A stretch of DNA of 64,000 bases from a virus, in IMG/VR virus record IMGVR_UViG_3300029267_004179, positions 40,020-104,019 of that record; one strand, written 5' to 3'. This document shows positions 29,655 through 38,208 of this stretch, piece after piece. A program made the translations under genes and the position numbers. Under the pieces are notes generated by a model. The model was not told the origin of the DNA and did no database searches. It worked only from the letters and a program-made list of their open reading frames with translations. Within the stretch, counting starts at the first letter, position 1; the number at the start of each line of letters is the position of its first letter.

Positions 29655-30008
29655 ATGTCTGATAATAAAAATGATATTAGTATAATAGATGCTATAGGTT
29701 CTTTAAGGCCTTTCACAGAAGGTGATTGGCAAGGGTACAGTGGAGCTGAAGGCGACAATCCATTAATTGCTGAAATTGGCAGTTTCATCTTTATTATCGA
29801 TGAAGCTGGCATCCAGGTAGATTATGTCCATGATTTTGATGAAACTGATGAAGATGGAGAACCCATTCTTGGAAGTCCTTGGGATGAGAGGTTTTTGTCC
29901 TTGGGCACTCAGTGTGTTAGCATCGCTGTTTTCTTTGAGATTTTCCGACTTATAAATAGCGAAGGCATCACTATGAGTGATGCCTTGGATAAGCTGAACT
30001 TTAAATAA
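29655..30008 (+). CDS. Acidic hypothetical protein (probable first early gene)
   Basis: AGGAGG RBS. Confidence 0.7.
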   Translation: MSDNKNDISIIDAIGSLRPFTEGDWQGYSGAEGDNPLIAEIGSFIFIIDEAGIQVDYVHDFDETDEDGEPILGSPWDERFLSLGTQCVSIAVFFEIFRLINSEGITMSDALDKLNFK

Positions 30009-30040
30009 TATGAATGATATAAGCAGAAAATGGAGGAGAT

Positions 30041-30259
30041 ATGAGGGAATTTGAGAGGCTGAGCCATATGATGACAGAGGAGTTTCATTTAATAGACTGC
30101 GGAACATTTTATGAGACAACTGATAACAGATTTGTTGGTTACCCGCAAGGGCCAAATCAAAATGATGGGTTGCTTGTGCTTGATCGTAAAATGGATAAGT
30201 ATGTTGGTTTTTTCCAGGACGTGAAAGAAGCCAACTTTGCTGTAAATTTAATTGAATAG
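30041..30259 (+). CDS. Hypothetical protein
   Basis: GGAGG RBS. Confidence 0.65.
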   Translation: MREFERLSHMMTEEFHLIDCGTFYETTDNRFVGYPQGPNQNDGLLVLDRKMDKYVGFFQDVKEANFAVNLIE

Positions 30260-30267
30260 GAGGCAAG

Positions 30268-30663
30268 ATGAAATTAAAAAAGAAGACAAGCCCTAAAATC
30301 AGCAAGAAGGAATGGGCAAGGATGCTTGCCCTTGTTGACTCAGCAGCATCTTTAAAAGTTGAGGTTGACAGCCTGAAAAATACTTTGGAGGATATGAAAG
30401 GCACTCTGAAGGAATTTGCAGCTCGTGCCAAAGTAAAGAAAATTAAAAGCAAAAATTATACCGCTGCTTTTAAGGACGGAAAAAAGACAGAGATTGACCC
30501 TGAGCTGTTTTATGATGAGGTAGATGATATTGATGATTTTATTTCGTCAATATCGGTGAAGGTGACTGAGGCAAGGGAAGTATTGTCAGCAAAAGCGATT
30601 GATAAAATTGCATTTGTGGAAGTTAAGCCATATAATTCTGTTTCTTTTAAATTTATCGATTGA
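30268..30663 (+). CDS. Coiled-coil hypothetical protein
   Basis: AGGAGG RBS. Confidence 0.7.
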   Translation: MKLKKKTSPKISKKEWARMLALVDSAASLKVEVDSLKNTLEDMKGTLKEFAARAKVKKIKSKNYTAAFKDGKKTEIDPELFYDEVDDIDDFISSISVKVTEAREVLSAKAIDKIAFVEVKPYNSVSFKFID

Positions 30664-30694
30664 TGTCTATTTTGAAAGTATTCTGGTTAGATAG

Positions 30695-30755
30695 CACCGA
30701 AACAGCCGCAAGGCTGTCTATCATGGGTGGTTCCATGGTACTGATGAGGTAGCCA
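30695..30755 (+). ncRNA. Type II hammerhead ribozyme 1
   Basis: ACC-GAAA-CAGCC[GCAA]GGCTG-TC^-TATCATGG[GTGGTT]CCATGGTA-CTGATGA-GGT; full core; GUC cleavage after 30718. Confidence 0.92.
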
Positions 30756-30845
30756 AATAAAATATAAAGTTTGACAAACTGAAAATAATGTTTAAAACAG
30801 CTTTCGATGGTATTGAACCGCACTATTAATAAAAAGGAGGATAAA

Positions 30846-31055
30846 ATGGTCTTCGCAACTTTTAATACGATCAATGGGAAAAGGTCTGGAAGGGTCATTC
30901 AAGCCCATTCCAAGTCCATTATTGTCCAACTGTGTTCTTTTAAAAGGAACAAGATTACCAGGATGCATCAGATCATCCCGGAAAAAGTAATCACTCGGCA
31001 TCTGGAAAAACACAGAGTAAAAATATATGATGAGAAGGTGATCCCCATCAACTAA
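30846..31055 (+). CDS. Hypothetical basic protein
   Basis: AAGGAGG RBS; start adjusted from 30807. Confidence 0.65.
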   Translation: MVFATFNTINGKRSGRVIQAHSKSIIVQLCSFKRNKITRMHQIIPEKVITRHLEKHRVKIYDEKVIPIN

Positions 31056-31057
31056 AA

Positions 31058-31118
31058 CACCGAAACCGGGCTTGTCCCGGTCGTGGTAGGGTTGTGCCTA
31101 CCGCCTGATGATGTAGCT
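31058..31118 (+). ncRNA. Type II hammerhead ribozyme 2 (G10.1 to U variant)
   Basis: ACC-GAAA-CCGGG[CTTGT]CCCGG-TC^-GTGGTAGG[GTTGTG]CCTACCGC-CTGATGA-TGT; the first stem II pair is broken. Confidence 0.85.
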
Positions 31119-31143
31119 GAATGAATATAAAAGGGAGGATATT

Positions 31144-31379
31144 ATGAAAAAACGAAGGCTATATGTGGTTAGAGGGTCCGAAGACGGCATCGTAGGTGTT
31201 TACACCAACATCAAGCTTGCTTGGGAAAAGCCATTAAGGGCTTGAATGGTCATACCGGAAGTTATGCGGAAGCCGTGGTAATGCTTAAAAAATCACATTA
31301 TTTCACAGTTGAGTAAAAAGTCCCTGAAATGGGAGTCAAAGCAATATACTATATCAGTCTTCATTATTTAAATGAATAA
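31144..31379 (+). pseudogene. Frameshifted/nonsense small gene
   Basis: GGAGG RBS; MKKRRLYVVRGSEDG..AWEK, then continues in the -1 frame (AIKGLNGHTGSYAEA..) with an internal TAA. Confidence 0.45.
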
Positions 31380-31406
31380 GTTTAAAAAACTATAAAGGAG
31401 GTAAAA

Positions 31407-31637
31407 ATGGCATTCAGAATCCTAATTCATGATGATAAAATTGGTGGAGTCGAAGACGTTCTGGAGATGGATTTGGACGTGGCACTAACTCCCAAAGGAC
31501 AACTCACCGCATGGCTTCATCGACGCATTGTCAATGAAATCAAAAAAGTGGCAGAAGTGGCCGAAATGAGTTCAAACCAAAAATGGTTTAAAAAGGCAAG
31601 AAGGACAATATTGATTGAACCGGCAAGCGGAAAATAA
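31407..31637 (+). CDS. Hypothetical protein
   Basis: AAGGAGGT RBS. Confidence 0.7.
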   Translation: MAFRILIHDDKIGGVEDVLEMDLDVALTPKGQLTAWLHRRIVNEIKKVAEVAEMSSNQKWFKKARRTILIEPASGK

Positions 31638-31638
31638 A

Positions 31639-31699
31639 CACCGAAACGGCCGCAAGGCCGTCGTGGTAGGGTTGTGCCTACCGCCTGATGAGGTAGCCA
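31639..31699 (+). ncRNA. Type II hammerhead ribozyme 3
   Basis: ACC-GAAA-CGGCC[GCAA]GGCCG-TC^-GTGGTAGG[GTTGTG]CCTACCGC-CTGATGA-GGT; cleavage after 31662. Confidence 0.92.
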
Positions 31700-31732
31700 A
31701 ATAAAATACAAACAATATAAAAGGAGGATATT

Positions 31733-33148
31733 ATGAAGAAGGCTGATGACATCACAAGTTATTTGAGAGCTGGATTCAGTGCTTTCTGGGTAACTACTCA
31801 AGAGCCAAGAAGGGCTGTTGAGGTGCTGACTGAGAAGATTGAGCAATTTGTCCGGAAGGATGGTGGCAAATACAGGATTGGCAATTGGAACTGTCTTGGT
31901 GGTGATCCTGTAAAGGCCTTGTCTATCAATGGTGATTTTAATGTAAAATTCTTGATGAACTATCATTGGTTCATCAAGAAACCACCTGTTGTGCAGACAA
32001 TTCAGGATAACATAGAAGTCTGGAAAAATCATGGCAATGCTATCATAGTTGTTTCTCCTGTGATGGATATCCCCATTGAGCTTGAAAAGGATTTTGTACC
32101 TTTGTCATTGGAGCTGCCTGATGAAAAGGCCATTAAAAAGTCTTTCCAATACATTTCTGAGAGTACAAACGGGGCTGTTAAAGTGCCAGATGGGACTGAT
32201 TTTGATAAGCTTGTGTCTGCCTCAAAAGGGCTTACACAGCTGGAATTAGAAAACACATTGGCCTTGTCTGTTGTGAAGAAAAGAAATTTTGATAGTGAGG
32301 TCATTTCTGATCATAAAGCCAGCATCGTTGAAAAAAGTGGACTTTTGGAGATAGTTAAGCCAACTATTACATTTGATGATGTGTGTGGTTATGACCAGAT
32401 TAAACAGTTTGTCCTTTCTACTATCCGCAAGCCTGAAGCAAAGGGCATCTTAATTCTTGGTCCACCTGGATGTGGTAAAACGATGTTCATGAATGCTCTT
32501 GTCGGCACTACCGGGAAAATAGGACTTAACCTGAATTTTGGGAAGATGTTCTCAAAATATCAGGGTGAGACTGACCAGAACATCGAAGCAGCTATAAAGG
32601 TGATTGAGGCCATCGGTGACTGTATTGTGATGGTAGATGAGTTTGAGAAGCAATTTGCCGGTGCTGCTTCTACCGGTGAAACAGATAGTGGTGTGACCAG
32701 AAGGGCAACTGGCCGATGGTTGAGGTTTATGCAAGAAAGGCCAAAAGGTGTTTATATCATCGGCACATGCAACTCATTTAGAGGCATGCCGCCTGAGTAT
32801 CTGAGGCCTGGAAGATGGGACAGCAGCCCTTTCTTCATTGATCTTCCGAGTCAAGGCGAAAAAATGGAGATCATGGCATATTATTTGGGGAAATACAGGC
32901 TGGCTGTCGATGGGAGAACACCAAGACTGCCGGCCATGGATAAATGGACTGGAGCTGAAATTGAAGCGTGCTGCCGTAATGCTTCAATGATGGAGTGCTC
33001 TGTGGCTGATGCATCAAAGTTCGTTTTGCCTCAGGCAAAAACTATGGAAGATGAAATTTCCGAGCTGAGGACATGGTCGAAAGGCAGGACAATTCCAGCA
33101 ACCATTGTGATAAAGAAAAAGAAAAAGAAAAGGGTAATTGACACATAG
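31733..33148 (+). CDS. Ycf46-like AAA+ ATPase
   Basis: Degenerate N-terminal AAA (T.EP.R, IPIELEKDF); active GPPGCGKT, VDEFEK, TCN and LRPGRWD; C-terminal LR.W..GR..PA. Confidence 0.85.
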   Translation: MKKADDITSYLRAGFSAFWVTTQEPRRAVEVLTEKIEQFVRKDGGKYRIGNWNCLGGDPVKALSINGDFNVKFLMNYHWFIKKPPVVQTIQDNIEVWKNHGNAIIVVSPVMDIPIELEKDFVPLSLELPDEKAIKKSFQYISESTNGAVKVPDGTDFDKLVSASKGLTQLELENTLALSVVKKRNFDSEVISDHKASIVEKSGLLEIVKPTITFDDVCGYDQIKQFVLSTIRKPEAKGILILGPPGCGKTMFMNALVGTTGKIGLNLNFGKMFSKYQGETDQNIEAAIKVIEAIGDCIVMVDEFEKQFAGAASTGETDSGVTRRATGRWLRFMQERPKGVYIIGTCNSFRGMPPEYLRPGRWDSSPFFIDLPSQGEKMEIMAYYLGKYRLAVDGRTPRLPAMDKWTGAEIEACCRNASMMECSVADASKFVLPQAKTMEDEISELRTWSKGRTIPATIVIKKKKKKRVIDT

Positions 33149-33158
33149 TTACAGTTAG

Positions 33159-33248
33159 GTGACCAGGTTTTCCTGGTCACCTGTTAAGGTAGCAAGCTGA
33201 AATCTTTGTTCTTGCTACCTTAACAGGTGATAGCTGTTTACTATCAAC
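33159..33248 (+). promoter_or_regulatory. Three overlapping hairpins upstream of an RBS (second instance)
   Basis: AGGTGACCAGG/CCTGGTCACCT overlaps the perfect 20-bp TCACCTGTTAAGGTAGCAAG/CTTGCTACCTTAACAGGTGA, which overlaps TGATAG/CTATCA. Confidence 0.6.
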
Positions 33249-33274
33249 ACTTATTCATATAAAATGGAGGGATT

Positions 33275-33475
33275 ATGGCTAAAAAAGTGGAGATTATTCT
33301 TGGCAAAGACGGCTCTGTAAAGATTGAGGCCTTTGGGTTTAAAGGCTCATCTTGCGAAGAAGCTGTGGAATTTTTGAAAAAGACATTGGGTGATCCTGAA
33401 ACGCACGATTTGAAATCCTCCTATTATGAGGATGATTGTTTAGTTAATGGGCTGCCCAGCGGTTATTGCGGTTAA
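33275..33475 (+). CDS. DUF2997-family protein
   Basis: I.KDG.V.IEA.GFKG.SC......L...LG.......YY. Confidence 0.8.
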   Translation: MAKKVEIILGKDGSVKIEAFGFKGSSCEEAVEFLKKTLGDPETHDLKSSYYEDDCLVNGLPSGYCG

Positions 33476-33502
33476 TGCTTGACTATTAATTGGAGGGACA
33501 AT

Positions 33503-33895
33503 ATGAGCCATATTAGCACATACAAAGCAAAAATTAAGGACATCGATGCTTTTATTCAAACACTTTCTGATGCCGGATATGCATGGCGTCAAGGGGATTT
33601 GACAGTCAAGCAGTTTGGCCGTAACTGGATAAAGTGTCATACTGCTTTCAAACTGCCAGGCTGGCAGTATGAGATTGCAATAAACAATGAAGGTGAGCTG
33701 CTCTATGATCACTTTGGCAGCAAGCCTTCAGTGGTTGTCAATGGCAAATCCGTTAGAACAATGGACATTTTAGGGAAGACAATCCAAGATTATAATGAGC
33801 AATCTATTGTGTCGCATGCATGGATGGAATGTGATAATGTTACCACTGAAGATTTGGAAGGTGGTGACAAAAGGGTTGTTCTTGAATGGCTGTAA
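33503..33895 (+). CDS. DUF1257 (Ycf35-like) protein
   Basis: MSH.ST.K.KI.D.......L...GY and Q.Y..... pattern; start adjusted from 33479. Confidence 0.75.
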   Translation: MSHISTYKAKIKDIDAFIQTLSDAGYAWRQGDLTVKQFGRNWIKCHTAFKLPGWQYEIAINNEGELLYDHFGSKPSVVVNGKSVRTMDILGKTIQDYNEQSIVSHAWMECDNVTTEDLEGGDKRVVLEWL

Positions 33896-33942
33896 TGGAT
33901 GTCTTATAGCTGTGAATGTTTCAGATCGGAATGGAGGGTAAA

Positions 33943-34860
33943 ATGAAGAGAATCAGAAGAACTCAGGTGATGGAGAAGTTTGATCTTTTTGAAAGAGGGG
34001 TGCTTATTACCTTGGACACGAGATGTTGGGGAGCATCAGCCAAGGTGGATGACCTGACGATGAAAGGCCTTTTGAAGGAAGATAAGGCTATGTTAGCTGA
34101 TGAGATAGTTGCAGTTCAATCTCTTGTGCCTGACAAGTCAAAGCTTGCTTACATATGGCATGTCCGTGACGAGGCAAGGCGATTTGCCCAAACCAATTCG
34201 ATGCCTTCAACTATTCGTGGTCACATGTTTATTCCGAAGGATATGATTGAGTATGTTGACCATGGGCTGGCTGACCGGGAAAGAAGATTCTGGATGGGTG
34301 TGGATGAATTTCTGTTGGAATATGAAGGGCTGAGACTGAAGAAGCAAATTGAAAGCCCAGACTTGTATGATCAGTCAAAATATCCTGATGCAAATAGGAT
34401 GCGACAGCGGTTCAAGTTCAGATGGACATTCCGGATGTTTGATGTGCCAAGTTCTGAAACAGGGTTATTATCGCCGGAAATGTACAAGGCTGAAGTCAAA
34501 AAATTCAAGCAGGATATGGTTGATGCCAGAGACAGTATCATTTCCATAATCTCAAAAGAGTTTTTGGAAAGGATTGATTCTTTGAGGAAGCAGTGCAGCG
34601 GTGATAAGATTAGCACAGCAACTGTTGACGGGCTGAATAATTTTCTTGAAAAGTTTGATAATGTTTGGGGCGGATTCTTTGCTCATAAGCAGCTCAAGAG
34701 CATGATCAAGGATGTTAAAGCATACATGGCCGGAACAGAAGCAGATATGCTCCGGTATGATGAATCATTCAGGTCAATGGTTGGGAAGAAAATGGCTGAA
34801 GTTGGGAAGGACTTCAAAGCTGCCGGTGGTGCCCGTATCGGCAGAAAGCTGGACATATGA
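33943..34860 (+). CDS. DUF3150-like helical protein
   Basis: WGAS.K, G..FIP, F...Y, YP......RF.F.W pattern; ends RKLDI. Confidence 0.5.
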   Translation: MKRIRRTQVMEKFDLFERGVLITLDTRCWGASAKVDDLTMKGLLKEDKAMLADEIVAVQSLVPDKSKLAYIWHVRDEARRFAQTNSMPSTIRGHMFIPKDMIEYVDHGLADRERRFWMGVDEFLLEYEGLRLKKQIESPDLYDQSKYPDANRMRQRFKFRWTFRMFDVPSSETGLLSPEMYKAEVKKFKQDMVDARDSIISIISKEFLERIDSLRKQCSGDKISTATVDGLNNFLEKFDNVWGGFFAHKQLKSMIKDVKAYMAGTEADMLRYDESFRSMVGKKMAEVGKDFKAAGGARIGRKLDI

Positions 34861-36128
34861 GTGCGATGAAACCAGTTGTTCCTGGATTGGATAGGATGAT
34901 CTATAAGATAGCCCAATTCTGGATCAAATTCATTCCGAACCGGTCCTGTTTAGAGTTTGAGGATTTGGTTCAGGAGTGCTATCTGGAGCATGTTAAGGCA
35001 CAGAAAAGGTTTGACGAGTCAAAAGGGGTTAAATATACCACCTATCTTTATAAGGCTTTGTGGTGGCGGTGTTCAGCTATAGCCAAAACAGAGCTGAAAT
35101 ATAAAAATAGGGAGTTTGACAACCCATTGCCTCAGAAACCTTCTGTGCCTGAGGATGATTATCTTGTTTATGAGGGCATTTGGGCATTATCACTTCTTAG
35201 CAAGTCCTTTGCCGACATGATAATTAACGGTATTCCTGACACGCTTTTTAAACATCTTCGTCAGCATGCTGAGGATATCAAGGAAAGGAATGGCTGGAAG
35301 AATGGGTTTAGGACTTTTAGACTAAATAAGACTATTGTTGAAAGATTTTTTGGAATATCTATCAGCAAACTGAGGCACTGTTACTATAATTATAATAGAG
35401 ATGATTATGAAGTTAACTTTTTAACAATGGAGGGGTTGAAAATGGAAGAAAAAAGATTAAAGGGTTTTGCCAGCGCAGTTGGAATTTCATGGGATGATTC
35501 TGTGGACATGCAAGAACAGATTTTAGATGCCATAGATGATATGGGTGAGAAGGAGTGGAAGGAACTTCCTGAAAACATCCGTGCCTGGTCGAATAAGAAA
35601 AACAAAGAGGCTGCCGCCGCCGCAAAGGCAAGCAAGCCGACAAAAGCCAAGGACAAAGATGAGCTGAAAAAGGCCAAAGACGGCGCCAAGGAAAAGGCTG
35701 AAAAGAAAAAGGCTGTTAAAAAGCAGTCAAAGGAATATCCTACCAGATTTAAAGAGGGCACAAATGGCCATCAAATCACTGCGTTTGTTGAGGAAGCTGG
35801 CAGTGATGGGATCAGCATCACTTCTCTTATCAAGAAATGTGAAAAGGCAAAGGTGAACAGCCCTAATGTTTCAGGAAGGGTGCGGCATGTGATGCGTATG
35901 TGCACAACGATTGAAGTTGATCCACATTGCGGTCTTCTGCGTAAAGATAATGATTTATTCTTTTGGGTTGGCCCGAAGTCTGAAACTGATGCCGAGAAGC
36001 CGGCAAAACCGGCAAAGAAAGAAAAGAAAGAAGAGAAAAAACCGGCAAAGAAAGAAAAGAAAGAAAAGAAAGAAGAGAAAAAACCGGCAAAGAAAGAAAA
36101 GAAAACGAAAAAATTCAAAAAGAAGTAA
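34857..36128 (+). CDS. Sigma-70 region-2-like protein read in frame into a Lys-rich DNA-binding protein (internal start at 35442)
   Basis: EFEDLVQE.Y......RFD.SKG.KY.TY.Y; internal GGAGG RBS plus ATG at 35442; C-terminal KPAKKEKKEEK repeats. Confidence 0.7.
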   Translation: MSAMKPVVPGLDRMIYKIAQFWIKFIPNRSCLEFEDLVQECYLEHVKAQKRFDESKGVKYTTYLYKALWWRCSAIAKTELKYKNREFDNPLPQKPSVPEDDYLVYEGIWALSLLSKSFADMIINGIPDTLFKHLRQHAEDIKERNGWKNGFRTFRLNKTIVERFFGISISKLRHCYYNYNRDDYEVNFLTMEGLKMEEKRLKGFASAVGISWDDSVDMQEQILDAIDDMGEKEWKELPENIRAWSNKKNKEAAAAAKASKPTKAKDKDELKKAKDGAKEKAEKKKAVKKQSKEYPTRFKEGTNGHQITAFVEEAGSDGISITSLIKKCEKAKVNSPNVSGRVRHVMRMCTTIEVDPHCGLLRKDNDLFFWVGPKSETDAEKPAKPAKKEKKEEKKPAKKEKKEKKEEKKPAKKEKKTKKFKKK

Positions 36129-36138
36129 CAACTATGTT

Positions 36139-36188
36139 AAGGCCCACCAAGGGGATGAGTTGAGACTCCCTTTGGTGGGCCTTTTTTT
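36139..36188 (+). terminator. Intrinsic terminator
   Basis: AAGGCCCACCAAGGGGA/TCCCTTTGGTGGGCCTT plus a T-run. Confidence 0.85.
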
Positions 36189-36210
36189 GTGCCATAATTT
36201 CATGTGCTGC

Positions 36211-36264
36211 TTTTAAGGCCTATAAAATTTTTACCCTATATATAGGTATTAGTTTTTTATTTTA
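36211..36264 (-). repeat. Dispersed intergenic element, copy 5 (core CCTATA)
   Basis: Reverse complement reads AAAAAACTAATA-CCTATA-TATAGGGTAAAAATTTTATAGGCCTTAAAA. Confidence 0.95.
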
Positions 36265-36342
36265 GCATCATTATAGGCTTGATCCTGCTTGTTATTTTTA
36301 TAATATAGTTAAGTACAGAATATACACTATACTCATCACACT

Positions 36343-37386
36343 ATGGAGGATGATATGGATGATAAATATAGCATGAAGAAAATAATTATACTTGGAGCAG
36401 GACTTGCAGGATCAGTTGCATATAATGCTTTGTCTTCGATGGCTCCTGTTGTTTACGAAGCAAAGTCAGAGGATAGGTCTGGGCTAAATGAACATCATGC
36501 TGTGATGAGGTTCAGGAACACAGATATTGGGAAGTATCTTGGGTGTGAGATGGTCCCGGTTTGTGCTACTAAGTCTGTGTTCAGGGATGGACAGCTATTT
36601 GATGTGGCAACTATAGCTGATAACAATGAGTATTCCCTGAAATGTTATGGGTCTTTAGCAGACAGGAGTTTGCATTCGCTTGGAAGGGTTGAAAGGTATA
36701 TAGCTTGTGTAAGGCCTATGTCTGGGCAAATTGTTGTATATGATGCAAAAGTTGAAGAGGTTTTTAAAATAGAAGGAGTGTGCGGCATGATGTTTAGTAG
36801 CCAAGGAGATGTCAACTTGGCAGCATCAGAGAATAGGCTGAGGTATGACATTTGCATTAGCACTTTGCCTTTGCCTGTTATTCTTAGGATATGCGGCATA
36901 AATCATCACATGAAGTTTAAATCGAAACCTATCACTGTCAGAACTTGTTACTTGGATTTTGAATCTTCAGTCCATCAAACTGTATACTTTCCATCTCATG
37001 AATTTCATGCGTATCGTGCTACACTTCAAAACAGCAGATTAATTGTAGAATTTGATGGCAAGCTTGATTCTCCGATAGATTCTTGTGTTGTGGATAAAGA
37101 AACATTGGAGGTAATGAAGATATTTGGCCTTGGTAGTATACAGAGTTGGGGATCAGATACAAAAGTACAGCCGATGGGCAAAATTGTTCCTGTTGATGAT
37201 GATTCCAGAAGGGCAGCAATAATGGAGTTAACAGATATGTACAATATTTATTCTCTTGGTAGGTATGCCACATGGCGTCCATTGAGGGCAGATCACCTTG
37301 TTAATGATATTGCAAAAATCCAAAGGATGATAAATGTATCTGAGAAGAAAAAGAAGTATTATGAAAAGTTATCCGGTAGTCTATAA
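36343..37386 (+). CDS. FAD-dependent oxidoreductase (UDP-galactopyranose mutase/PPO-like fold)
   Basis: IILGAGLAG..VYEA Rossmann motif; YD..ISTLPLP; SLGRYATWR. Confidence 0.8.
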   Translation: MEDDMDDKYSMKKIIILGAGLAGSVAYNALSSMAPVVYEAKSEDRSGLNEHHAVMRFRNTDIGKYLGCEMVPVCATKSVFRDGQLFDVATIADNNEYSLKCYGSLADRSLHSLGRVERYIACVRPMSGQIVVYDAKVEEVFKIEGVCGMMFSSQGDVNLAASENRLRYDICISTLPLPVILRICGINHHMKFKSKPITVRTCYLDFESSVHQTVYFPSHEFHAYRATLQNSRLIVEFDGKLDSPIDSCVVDKETLEVMKIFGLGSIQSWGSDTKVQPMGKIVPVDDDSRRAAIMELTDMYNIYSLGRYATWRPLRADHLVNDIAKIQRMINVSEKKKKYYEKLSGSL

Positions 37387-37421
37387 TTAATTAGACAGAT
37401 TAAACTATTAGAGGAGGGAAG

Positions 37422-38198
37422 ATGAAGGTACATCTACTCAATTACACAAATGAGGCAAAGGACTTGCTTATTTTTAGCAAACGCACAAGGCATATGGCAA
37501 ATGCAGACGCACTTGAGAAAGTGAAGAGCATGACAGAAGCTGAGAAGGACAAAGAACTTGATTATGTTTTCAACACAATTGGCAGCAGTTGGGAATTTGT
37601 CTCCTATACTTTTTTGATTGAGGACGTCACCAGGGCGTTTACTCATCAGCTGGTAAGGCATAGGGTTGGGACGGCGTTTGCACAACAGGCAATGAGGGTG
37701 GCAAGGATGGAAGACTTTGGCTATCTTGTGCCTCCTAAGTTTAGTTTAGCTGCTGTTGAGTCTTATTCTAACATTATGAGCAATATTCAGGAAGGATACG
37801 ATGCCCTTCTTGTGGAGTTTGATGCTGATCAGCAAGATGCCAGAGGAGTACTCCCAACAAATATTCATACAAACATTTTGTTCAAGGTCAATTTAAGAGC
37901 TATTGCTGATATTTCTCATATTCGGCTTTGTATTAGAGCACAAGGGGAGTTTCAGAATGTCGCTTTTAGGATGAAAAAGTTGATTGAATCAGTTCATCCT
38001 TGGGCAGGAAGAGTACTTGGCCCTGAGTGTATAGTGAATTGGAGATGTGCTTTCCCGAAGTATAAACAGTGTCCTATTAAGGAGATGCATCTGTGGCTGA
38101 ATGGTCCTGCGGATGAAGAGATTGCTGAAATGAATTTTCAGTGGGAGTCAATTACAGGGTACGACCCTCAGCCAGATATAGTTAAATCATGGGAATAG
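37422..38198 (+). CDS. thyX: Flavin-dependent thymidylate synthase ThyX
   Basis: EF..YTF.IE.VTR.FTHQLVRHR, QQAMR (variant of SxR), DARGVLP and R.C.RAQ.E. Confidence 0.88.
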   Translation: MKVHLLNYTNEAKDLLIFSKRTRHMANADALEKVKSMTEAEKDKELDYVFNTIGSSWEFVSYTFLIEDVTRAFTHQLVRHRVGTAFAQQAMRVARMEDFGYLVPPKFSLAAVESYSNIMSNIQEGYDALLVEFDADQQDARGVLPTNIHTNILFKVNLRAIADISHIRLCIRAQGEFQNVAFRMKKLIESVHPWAGRVLGPECIVNWRCAFPKYKQCPIKEMHLWLNGPADEEIAEMNFQWESITGYDPQPDIVKSWE

Positions 38199-38208
38199 TA
38201 GGTATGAT

